IMG/VR virus record: IMGVR_UViG_3300045988_098657
Source: a virus
Direction: 5' to 3' (one strand)
Length of the DNA: 31,214 nucleotides
The translations under genes were made by a program, and so were the position numbers. Positions within the stretch are counted from its first letter, which is position 1; every line of letters begins with the position of its first letter. Positions 24,331-31,214 of the stretch are shown here, piece after piece. Under the pieces are notes generated by a model. It ran no database searches, was not told the origin of the DNA, and worked only from the letters and a program-made list of their open reading frames with translations.

Positions 24331-24525
24331 ATGACAAACTTTGAAAAAATCAAATCAATGAGTATCGACGAAATGGCTCGTAGCAGTATAGACTTTTTCA
24401 GTTGCCCATATAACATACCAGGTGACCCGCCATATAGTTATTGCGATTGCGAAATAGGTGAAAAATTTAATCATAATTGTATTAACTGCACAAAACATTG
24501 GCTTGAAAGTGAGGTAGAAGAATGA
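24331..24525 (+). CDS. Small Cys-rich protein (MTNFEKIKSMSIDEMA...CINCTKHWLESEVEE)
   Basis: ATG 24331 lies 9 nt after tgaggtg. It is the paralog of the ends of 23292..23819. Confidence 0.65.
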   Translation: MTNFEKIKSMSIDEMARSSIDFFSCPYNIPGDPPYSYCDCEIGEKFNHNCINCTKHWLESEVEE

Positions 24526-24884
24526 CCACAAAAGAAATCAAAGACATAAACCGAGAAATTACGAGGTTAAAAGCTAAGATTGCACGCATAGCCGCCGAGG
24601 CTGACAATACATCGCCTAAGCTGTCGGATTTACCGAGTGCAGGTCAAACATCTGACAAGGTCGGCAATGCGGTGGTGCAGATTGCAGATATTCAGAGAGA
24701 GATACAAAACCTTGAAATCCGCCGAAACGCAGCACTCAACAGCCTATCTCGTGACGATTTTGTTGAGAACTGTTTGTTTATGCACCTTAGCTTGCGATAC
24801 AGCTGGGCGAAGATAGCAGTTGATACAGGCGGAATAAATACACCGGATAACATAAGAATTATGTGCAACCGCCACCGTTGGTAA
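24522..24884 (+). CDS. Sigma-70 region-4-like (DUF1492/ArpU-like) putative late-gene regulator
   Basis: LSDLPSAGQTSDKVGNAVVQIADIQREI...YSWAKIAVDTGGINTPDNIRIMCNR. It is the last regulator-like gene before the packaging region. Confidence 0.5.
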   Translation: MTTKEIKDINREITRLKAKIARIAAEADNTSPKLSDLPSAGQTSDKVGNAVVQIADIQREIQNLEIRRNAALNSLSRDDFVENCLFMHLSLRYSWAKIAVDTGGINTPDNIRIMCNRHRW

Positions 24885-24984
24885 AAGTTGTTCGGTTTTT
24901 CGGTTTAGGTGCAGTATAATATAAAATGAAGAAATTGATAATAAGAGACATTTTGTAGTTCTCCTTTTTCAAAAATAACGGCAG

Positions 24985-25016
24985 ACCGCTCTCGTTGAGG
25001 GCGGTTTTGCTTTTGC
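24985..25016. terminator. Hairpin terminator, possibly bidirectional
   Basis: ACCGCTCT-cgttg-AGGGCGGT followed by TTTTGCTTTTG on the + strand and by TTATTTTTG on the - strand. Confidence 0.55.
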
Positions 25017-25028
25017 GGGGTGGAATTA

Positions 25029-25652
25029 ATGTATAAAGACAAATGCGGTACAGGTTACGAAAATAGCACAAGAGCGATTTTTCAGGGTGCAGGAGAATAT
25101 GACATCCCGATTATTGAGCCTACAAAAATTACAGAAAACAACTTTATCGGATTTAATGAAGTTTTGAGCAGTAAGCAGAACAACTGCGGTGTGCATTTCT
25201 TTTTGGACGATTACCAGTTCCAAAGATTATGGAATACACCCGACAGGTACATTGAGAGGCTACAAAAATTCAATTGTGTGTTATCACCTGATTTTAGCCT
25301 TTACGCTGATTATCCGAAAGCGTTGCAGATTTATAACCACTATCGCAAACATTGGATAGGCGCATATTTACAGCTTTATGGTATTGAAGTAATACCAACA
25401 ATTTGTTGGAGCGACGAAAAGAGTTTTGAATGGTGCTTTGACGGCGAGCCTTGCGGCGGAACAGTCGCCGTGTCGAGTGTCGGCACTCAGAAAAACAAGA
25501 TTGCCAAAGAACTGTTTTTGAAAGGTTACAAAGATATGATTGAACGCTTACAGCCTGAAACGGTCATCTTCTACGGCAAAGTCCCCGAAGAATGTGTTGG
25601 AAACATCATCAACATCAAATCATTTCAGGAAAAATTCAGGAGGTCAGAATAA
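25029..25652 (+). CDS. DUF4417-like protein
   Basis: HFFLDDYQFQRLWNTPDRY...VLSPDFSLYADYP...QIYNHYRKHWIGAYLQ..GIEVIPTICW...WCFDG matches my memory of DUF4417. Confidence 0.65.
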   Translation: MYKDKCGTGYENSTRAIFQGAGEYDIPIIEPTKITENNFIGFNEVLSSKQNNCGVHFFLDDYQFQRLWNTPDRYIERLQKFNCVLSPDFSLYADYPKALQIYNHYRKHWIGAYLQLYGIEVIPTICWSDEKSFEWCFDGEPCGGTVAVSSVGTQKNKIAKELFLKGYKDMIERLQPETVIFYGKVPEECVGNIINIKSFQEKFRRSE

Positions 25653-25921
25653 TGGGCGGAAGAGGCGGAAACTTAGGTGGTCATAAAAATTATTCTGTAA
25701 GTCCTTTAGCCGCATTTAAAGAGAATGCGAAACAGTTTAATTTTGCTTTGCAAGAGGGTAAAGCTAAAAAATCAGGCATTGTTGAATTTACTGATATAAC
25801 AGGCAAGGTTATAAAAAGGTACTGGAACGGAGCAACTTATACAGACAGAAGTAGCGCACTTTATGAAAAAGAATTTAAAGGTACACATAAAGTGAGTTTT
25901 AAAAAGCCTAAGGAGTGGTAA
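25652..25921 (+). CDS. MGGRG-leader protein 1 (89 aa)
   Basis: ATG overlaps the DUF4417 stop (TAATG), RBS caggagg. MGGRGGNLGG... Confidence 0.7.
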   Translation: MGGRGGNLGGHKNYSVSPLAAFKENAKQFNFALQEGKAKKSGIVEFTDITGKVIKRYWNGATYTDRSSALYEKEFKGTHKVSFKKPKEW

Positions 25922-25922
25922 A

Positions 25923-26339
25923 ATGGGTGGAAGAGGTGGAAGTTTTGGAGTTATTCCAAAACTCAGAAATCCTGTTGGTATTCCTTCAAATGCTATTACT
26001 GAGGATGAATTTCTTAAATTAAAAGGTGTTGGGGATATTTCAAGCGGTTACACGGTTGATAAACTTAGAGGTAACAGAGCGCTGAAAACACAGCGTGGAC
26101 AGGAAAAGTTCGAAAAAGAGGCCTTGAAAGCCAATGCGGATTATTCAAATAAGCGTGCGAGTGCAAGAAAGGAATACAAATCTTTAGTAAGCAAAGGCGT
26201 GATTAGAGATAAGACACCTACAGAGAGAAGATTAACAACCGCTCACGGACACCCTGATAATCAATCGACACAAGCCGCAAGGCGATTACTGGCTAAACAA
26301 GGAATTGACTGGAAAACAGGCAAGAAAATTAAATCATAG
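25923..26339 (+). CDS. MGGRG-leader protein 2 (138 aa, very basic)
   Basis: RBS taaggag. MGGRGGSFGV... Confidence 0.7.
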   Translation: MGGRGGSFGVIPKLRNPVGIPSNAITEDEFLKLKGVGDISSGYTVDKLRGNRALKTQRGQEKFEKEALKANADYSNKRASARKEYKSLVSKGVIRDKTPTERRLTTAHGHPDNQSTQAARRLLAKQGIDWKTGKKIKS

Positions 26340-26361
26340 TAAATCCAAAAGGGGTATTACA

Positions 26362-26757
26362 ATGGGCGGAAGAGGTTCTTCAAGTGGAATAAGCGATAAA
26401 GGTAAAAAGTACGGTACGGAATACAAAGCAGTTGCTCAATTTGGTGAAATAAAAGTAATTCGTATGAATGGTAATACTTCGATAAAAGCTCCTATGGAAA
26501 CTATGACAAAAAATAGAGTGTATGCTACTCTTGACAAACAGAGCAACATCAAAAGTGTTACTTTTTATGACAACTACGGCGAAAGAATAAAACAAATTGA
26601 CGTTAAAGGTAGACCTCATAATGGAATGATGCCACATACCCATTTGGGTTATGAACATAATGAAATTGGAGATCGTCAATTGACTGATAAAGAACAGAAA
26701 TATGTAAGTGTATTATTGAATAAATGGGAAAGAAAAAGAAAACACTTGAATATTTAG
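26362..26757 (+). CDS. MGGRG-leader protein 3 (131 aa, His cluster GRPHNGMMPHTHLGYEHNE)
   Basis: RBS aaaagggg. MGGRGSSSGI... Confidence 0.7.
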   Translation: MGGRGSSSGISDKGKKYGTEYKAVAQFGEIKVIRMNGNTSIKAPMETMTKNRVYATLDKQSNIKSVTFYDNYGERIKQIDVKGRPHNGMMPHTHLGYEHNEIGDRQLTDKEQKYVSVLLNKWERKRKHLNI

Positions 26758-26774
26758 AAATTTATTGATATAAT
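26746..26774 (+). promoter_or_regulatory. Near-consensus extended -10 promoter TTGAAT-17-(TGa)TATAAT; candidate late promoter
   Basis: Read directly. It overlaps the last codons of the previous gene. Confidence 0.65.
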
Positions 26775-26780
26775 ATTATA

Positions 26781-26885
26781 AACGCAGGGGATAGTTTAAA
26801 TAGGAAAACAGTTTTTACAGATTCCGGTGCAACTCCGGAAACCTGTGTTTAAAGACAGTACAGAAATGTGCTGTCTTTTCTTTTG
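26781..26885 (+). ncRNA. Predicted short (~100 nt) terminated leader transcript with two hairpins
   Basis: It runs from about 7 nt after the -10 box to the terminator. Hairpin 1 is TTCCGG-tgcaact-CCGGAA (26822-26840) and hairpin 2 is the terminator. It contains no ORF. Confidence 0.35.
26851..26885 (+). terminator. Rho-independent terminator between the late promoter and terS
   Basis: AAAGACAGTAC-agaaat-GTGCTGTCTTT followed by TCTTTTG. Confidence 0.7.
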
Positions 26886-26912
26886 CTTATTTTTAGAAAG
26901 GGCGGTGATACC

Positions 26913-27308
26913 GTGAAAGACAAATTAAATGCAAGGCAGAAGAAGTTTGCCGAATATTATGTGCAGAGCGGTAACACCGTTCAGAGTGCGATTATGGCTG
27001 GATATTCAGAACATTATGCCAATGCCTTAGCTTATAAATTATTGGAAAATATAGGAGTTGCCGAGTACATCAAAGAGTTATCTGACAAGCTCAAAGATGA
27101 ACGCATTATGAGTGCTAAGGACAGACAGGTCGCTCTCTCGGACATAGCAAGGAGCAATGAGCAGGACCCGTCAGACCGTATCAGAGCCATCGACACACTG
27201 AACAAGATGACAGGCGAATATGTCGTTAAGGTTGACGCAAAGGTTGAGCAATCCGAAAAGCTCTCTGATGTGTTCAGACAGTTAGGCGGTGAGGGCTTGA
27301 GTGAGTAG
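26913..27308 (+). CDS. terS: Terminase small subunit (Terminase_2-like)
   Basis: KLNARQKKFAEYYVQSGNTVQSAIMAGYSEHYANALAYKLLENIGVAEYI. GTG 26913 is chosen because the track start at 26868 lies inside the terminator. Confidence 0.8.
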   Translation: MKDKLNARQKKFAEYYVQSGNTVQSAIMAGYSEHYANALAYKLLENIGVAEYIKELSDKLKDERIMSAKDRQVALSDIARSNEQDPSDRIRAIDTLNKMTGEYVVKVDAKVEQSEKLSDVFRQLGGEGLSE

Positions 27309-28662
27309 CTTTCCTTTGTCGCAAAAGTACATTGACTTCATAAACACAACAAATGTGTCGGCTGAATTTCTTGAGGGCACTACCGCATCGGGCAAGACAA
27401 CGGTCGGTGCCGGTGTAAAGTTTATGCGAATGGTGTCGCAAAGTTCCAAAAAGATACATGCCATTGCCGCCAAGACAACCGGCAAGGCGGAGGAAACTAT
27501 CATTCAGCAGGACAATGGTATTCTTGACCTGCACCGAAACGCTGTTTACTGCGGTAACGGCGACAAGGATTACAAACTGCCGCATATCAAGTTTGAGGGC
27601 AAAATTATCTATATTCTCGGTTACAGCAGTCGAGATAAGTGGGAAATGGTACTCGGTGCACAGTTCGGCTGTGTGTATATTGATGAGATAAACACCGCCG
27701 ACATTGAGTTTATCCGAGAGATGTCAACCCGTAATGACTATTTGCTTGCAACGCTTAACCCCGATGACCCGTCTTTGCCTGTTTACAAGGAATTTGTGAA
27801 CCGTTCAAGACCGTTTAAGAAATATGCAAAAGATGTTCCGCCCGAGATTATGGCGGAACTTAACGAAGAACCTGTGCCAGATTGGCGGTACTGGTTCTTT
27901 TCTTTTACCGATAATTTAAGCCTTACACCCGAACAGGTTGAAAAGAAAAAAGCCTCTGCTCCAAAAGGAACAAAGCTTTATAAAAACAAAATCTTAGGAT
28001 TGCGAGGCAGGGCAACAGGGCTTGTATTCTCAAACTTTGAGAGGGCAAGGCACATAAAAACAAAAGAATGGGCAAAGCGGTTTTTAAACTCCGACCGTAA
28101 AAGCGAGCATTTTATTCAGTTTACGGCAGGACTTGACACCGCATATTCGCAGAAGTCACCCGACACAATCGCAATGACCTTTTTCGGTATTACAAACAAG
28201 GGCAAGTGTATTCAGCTTGACGAGAGGGTGTATAACAATGCCGAACTTCAAGCTCCGATTGCACCGAGTGATACGGTACGAAATTTCATTGATTTTCTTG
28301 ACCGCAACCGAGAGGAATGGGGCTTTGCGAGAACTGCTTTTATTGATAATGCGGACCAAGCAACGATTACAGAATATCAAAAGTACAAGCGACAGCACGG
28401 CTGCATTTATGATTTCGTAAATGCATGGAAGAAAACCAAGAATATCGACCGTATCAATCTCGTACTCGGCTGGCTTGCCATCAACTGTTATTTTGTTCTT
28501 GAGCATTGCAAGAATACAATTGCCGAGTTTGAAATTTACAGCTGGCGAGAAGATAAAGACAATACACCCGAGGACGGTCACGACCATTGTATAAACAGTG
28601 GGCAGTATGCGTGGCTGCCGTTTAAAAATATTATTGGAAAAATATTATTGGAAGTGAAATAA
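27301..28662 (+). CDS. terL: Terminase large subunit
   Basis: Walker A GTTASGKT, then VYIDEIN, and a C-terminal nuclease-like region. 453 aa. Confidence 0.85.
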   Translation: MSSFPLSQKYIDFINTTNVSAEFLEGTTASGKTTVGAGVKFMRMVSQSSKKIHAIAAKTTGKAEETIIQQDNGILDLHRNAVYCGNGDKDYKLPHIKFEGKIIYILGYSSRDKWEMVLGAQFGCVYIDEINTADIEFIREMSTRNDYLLATLNPDDPSLPVYKEFVNRSRPFKKYAKDVPPEIMAELNEEPVPDWRYWFFSFTDNLSLTPEQVEKKKASAPKGTKLYKNKILGLRGRATGLVFSNFERARHIKTKEWAKRFLNSDRKSEHFIQFTAGLDTAYSQKSPDTIAMTFFGITNKGKCIQLDERVYNNAELQAPIAPSDTVRNFIDFLDRNREEWGFARTAFIDNADQATITEYQKYKRQHGCIYDFVNAWKKTKNIDRINLVLGWLAINCYFVLEHCKNTIAEFEIYSWREDKDNTPEDGHDHCINSGQYAWLPFKNIIGKILLEVK

Positions 28663-30171
28663 ATGGGGCTGATAAACAGAATGGCTGATACAATCAGAAC
28701 AGGACTAAGAAATTTTTTACATATCACTAAAGCGCCCGACAGGACGATAACCGTTGACGAAACGAGCAATCATCAAACCGAATGCTTTACCAACCGCATT
28801 TGGTATTGGGGCAGCAGCAGACAGCTTTCACAGCTTTATACACAGCTTGACAGCGACAAAACACGCTTTTGGTCTGCCGAGTGTACGCAGGGGCTGAAAA
28901 TACGAAAAATCCACACAGGCTTGCCCGCTCTCATTTGCGATACACTCGCCAATATTGTGATTGCAGACTACAACGGTACAGAGGTTACAAGCAAAAATAC
29001 GACAGCTTATGCCGAACGGTGGGCGGAGATAGAGAAAGAAAACAAACTCGCAGGTGTAATAAAGCAAATGCTCCTTGACCTTTGTGTTGTGGGTGACGGT
29101 GCATTAAAAATCAGCTTTGACACGGCTGTATCAGATGTTCCGATTATCGAATGGTATCCTGCCGAAAATATTGACTTTACTTATGTGCGCGGCAGAATCA
29201 GAGAGGTTAAGTTTTATACCGATTACACGCAAAATCACCGACATTTCCGTTTTGAGGAAACATACGGTTACGGCTATATTCGTTATGCTTTGTATGATGA
29301 TAACGGCAGAGAGGTCGATTTACACACAGTTAAGGCACTTGATTGGATAGACAGCAACGGTGTAACCTTTGACACATCGTATATGTGGGCAGTACCGGTT
29401 ATTTACGGCAAATCGTGTCACAAGGGCAGGGGTGCGGGTATTATCGGAGCAAAGGCAGACGCTTTTGACAGCTTAGACGAGGCGTGGTCGCAGTGGATGG
29501 ACGCTTTAAGAGCTTGCAGGCCAAAGCAGTACATACCTAATTGCCTTATTCCATACAATGCCGAAACCTGTCAGCCGATGGCGCCGAACCCGTTTGATAA
29601 TAGATTTATTGAGGTAAACACAGACACAAGCGAAAATGGCAACGGCAACAGGATTTATACCGAAAGTCCGCAGATTCAGCACGAAAGCTATTTAAGCTCA
29701 TACATCACCGCACTTGACCTTTGTTTGCAGGGCGTAATTTCACCAAGCACATTAGGCATTGATACAAAGAAACTCGATAATGCCGAGGCACAGAGAGAAA
29801 AAGAGAAAACAACTCTGTATACAAGACAGAACCTTGTTGAGCTCACCGAGAACGCTATGCAGAGCCTTGTTGAAGTTGTACTCAATGCAGACAGTGAGCT
29901 TAACGGCAAGGGAATTGTTGCCGGAATAGAGGTATCCGTAAACTTCGGCGAATATGCGAACCCGAGCTTTGAAAGTCAGGTTGAAACCGTGTCAAAAGCA
30001 AGACAGGGCGGTTTGATGTCTGTTGAAACCTCGGTCGAGGAATTGTACGGCGACAGTAAGTCGGACGATTGGAAAGCCGAAGAGGTACAGAGGATAAAAG
30101 AAGAACAGGGCATCGCAAGTGAGGAAGAAACCTCGTCATTCGACGATTTGGCAGGACTGACAGATGAGTGA
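28663..30171 (+). CDS. Portal protein (SPP1 gp6-like)
   Basis: 502 aa with an acidic C-terminus, located between terL and MuF. Confidence 0.8.
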   Translation: MGLINRMADTIRTGLRNFLHITKAPDRTITVDETSNHQTECFTNRIWYWGSSRQLSQLYTQLDSDKTRFWSAECTQGLKIRKIHTGLPALICDTLANIVIADYNGTEVTSKNTTAYAERWAEIEKENKLAGVIKQMLLDLCVVGDGALKISFDTAVSDVPIIEWYPAENIDFTYVRGRIREVKFYTDYTQNHRHFRFEETYGYGYIRYALYDDNGREVDLHTVKALDWIDSNGVTFDTSYMWAVPVIYGKSCHKGRGAGIIGAKADAFDSLDEAWSQWMDALRACRPKQYIPNCLIPYNAETCQPMAPNPFDNRFIEVNTDTSENGNGNRIYTESPQIQHESYLSSYITALDLCLQGVISPSTLGIDTKKLDNAEAQREKEKTTLYTRQNLVELTENAMQSLVEVVLNADSELNGKGIVAGIEVSVNFGEYANPSFESQVETVSKARQGGLMSVETSVEELYGDSKSDDWKAEEVQRIKEEQGIASEEETSSFDDLAGLTDE

Positions 30172-31214
30172 TTACGATATCGGAAAAGCCTTTGAAGAAA
30201 TCGAAAATGAACTTATTGACAGTATGATGCGCAATTTCAGCCGTCACAGGGCGGAAGAAGAAAAAGAGGGCTATAATTGGACCCAATGGCAGGCAGAACA
30301 ATTAAAGGCGCTTGAGGAGTACCGCAAAACGAACGCCCAAAAATTTGGCAAGCAGTTCAAGAGCATTAACAGCAAGGTTGAAGAAATGATACACACCGCA
30401 AGAGCCGACGGCAACGCAGAACAGGAAGTGAAAATCCTCGAGGCTATTAAGAACGGCTTTACACCGCATATGCCCACAGGAGCAAGCACAGGCGAGTTTT
30501 ATAAGGTCAATAGCCGTAAGCTCAATGCTCTTGTAAAATCGACCACAGACGATTTGAAGAGGGCAGAAACGGCAGTCCTGCGTATGAGCAATGACAAGTA
30601 CCGCAAGGCGATTTTTAACGCTCAAGTCTATGCAAACACAGGAGCAGGCACTTACGAAAAGGCGGTTGATATGGCTTGTAAGGATATGCTAAACGCAGGA
30701 CTGAATTGTGTGGAGTACAAGAACGGTGCAAGGCACACGCTTTCAGACTATGCGGATATGGCAATCAAGACGGCGAACAAGAGAGCATATCTAAGAGGTG
30801 AGGGCGAAGAAAGAGCGAAGTACGGGCTTTCACTTGTTGTGGTGAACTCAAGGCAGGGCGGCTGCCCTGATTGTGCAAAATATATCGGCAAGGTGTTTAT
30901 TGATGATGTGTATTCAAACGGCAAAAAACCGGACGGCGATTATCCGCTGCTTTCAACCGCCATAGCGGAGGGACTTTTCCACCCTCGCTGTAAGGACAGC
31001 ACAAGCACCCACTACCCAGAACTTGACGATTTGAGCGGACCTCTCACCGATGACGAGCTTGCAGAGCTTGACCGCCAAAGAGGACTTGAAGTACAGCAAC
31101 AGCACGCAGAAAAGCAAGCCGAACGCTTTGACCGCAGGGCAAAATACAGCCTTGATGAGGACAACAAGAAGTTTGCTAAAGCAAGAGCAGACGAGTGGCA
31201 CGATAGGGCGGATA
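30164..31214 (+). CDS. 5' part of the MuF/SPP1-gp7-family head morphogenesis gene (continues at 2..787; about 572 aa in total)
   Basis: ATG 30164 overlaps the portal stop. The frame stays open to the window end, which is why it is absent from the ORF track. VEYKNGARHTLSDYADMAIKTANKRAYL...GGCPDCAKYIGKVF...GLFHPRCKDS. Confidence 0.85.
   Translation, partial: MSDYDIGKAFEEIENELIDSMMRNFSRHRAEEEKEGYNWTQWQAEQLKALEEYRKTNAQKFGKQFKSINSKVEEMIHTARADGNAEQEVKILEAIKNGFTPHMPTGASTGEFYKVNSRKLNALVKSTTDDLKRAETAVLRMSNDKYRKAIFNAQVYANTGAGTYEKAVDMACKDMLNAGLNCVEYKNGARHTLSDYADMAIKTANKRAYLRGEGEERAKYGLSLVVVNSRQGGCPDCAKYIGKVFIDDVYSNGKKPDGDYPLLSTAIAEGLFHPRCKDSTSTHYPELDDLSGPLTDDELAELDRQRGLEVQQQHAEKQAERFDRRAKYSLDEDNKKFAKARADEWHDRAD
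31096..31214. repeat. Terminal direct repeat (copy 2), identical to 1-119
   Basis: Direct comparison of the two ends of the window. Confidence 0.95.

Noticed and set aside
24913-24918. TATAAT hexamer upstream of the DUF4417 operon
   Set aside because: There is no acceptable -35 at 16-18 bp and no TG extension. In addition, the terminator at 24985-25016 lies between it and the gene.
24859-24948. 30-aa minus-strand ORF (MSLIINFFILYYTAPKPKNRTT...) with a good AAAGGAG RBS, considered as a type I toxin-like peptide
   Set aside because: The hydrophobic stretch is only about 12 residues. No minus-strand promoter was found. The ORF overlaps the 3' end of a well-supported + gene. The RBS match may be fortuitous.
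26784-26846. tRNA-like look of the leader (GCAGGGGATAGTTTAAATAGG..., and a TTCCGG-TGCAACT-CCGGAA arm resembling a T-arm)
   Set aside because: No complementary acceptor strand lies at the right distance. The D-stem does not pair. The loop has G where the conserved T55 should be. The overall spacing is too short for a cloverleaf.
1-31214. Looked for CRISPR arrays, a diversity-generating retroelement (RT plus template/variable repeats near the fibre gene), integrase/attP, tRNAs and introns or inteins in terL and portal
   Set aside because: I saw no regularly spaced repeats, no reverse transcriptase or recombinase motifs, no long internal near-repeats of the fibre 3' end, and terL and portal have normal lengths.

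Overview
The window is an essentially complete, circularly closed dsDNA phage genome of about 31.1 kb. Bases 1-119 are identical to 31096-31214, and the last ORF continues in frame into the first. All convincing genes but one are on the + strand, with AGGAGG-type RBSs typical of a Gram-positive host. A ChW-like cell-wall-binding domain on the lysin suggests Clostridia. Gene order from base 1: (1) tail end of a MuF head-morphogenesis gene, then three tiny genes each closed by its own terminator (1-1.8 kb); (2) scaffold, major capsid, head-tail connectors, major tail protein, G/T frameshifted chaperone, a promoter-to-terminator TM2 moron, tape measure, tail tip and fibre (1.9-12 kb); (3) GH25 endolysin and holin (12.2-13.7 kb); (4) an AT-rich orphan Dam-like methyltransferase cassette and the only minus-strand gene, with a switch-like promoter/operator (13.7-15.3 kb); (5) early genes: DUF1351, RecT, MBL-fold hydrolase, HNH-like protein, replisome organizer with internal iterons, DnaC-like loader, RusA (15.4-21.7 kb); (6) small regulators, HNH, MazG-like, XRE (21.7-24.9 kb); (7) a DUF4417-like gene plus three genes that all start MGGRG (25.0-26.8 kb); (8) a near-consensus promoter followed by a terminator, then terS, terL, portal and MuF. 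No integrase, excisionase, partition genes, tRNA, CRISPR array or reverse transcriptase were seen. Most interesting: the MGGRG-leader triplet; the MuF-HExxH fusion with a possible immunity gene; a late operon that starts with a promoter-terminator unit and must read through at least five intrinsic terminators, which implies antitermination; strong GATC avoidance alongside an orphan D12-class methyltransferase; and a chimeric ORF in a duplicated two-gene module. All functional calls come from reading the translations by eye, with no searches run.
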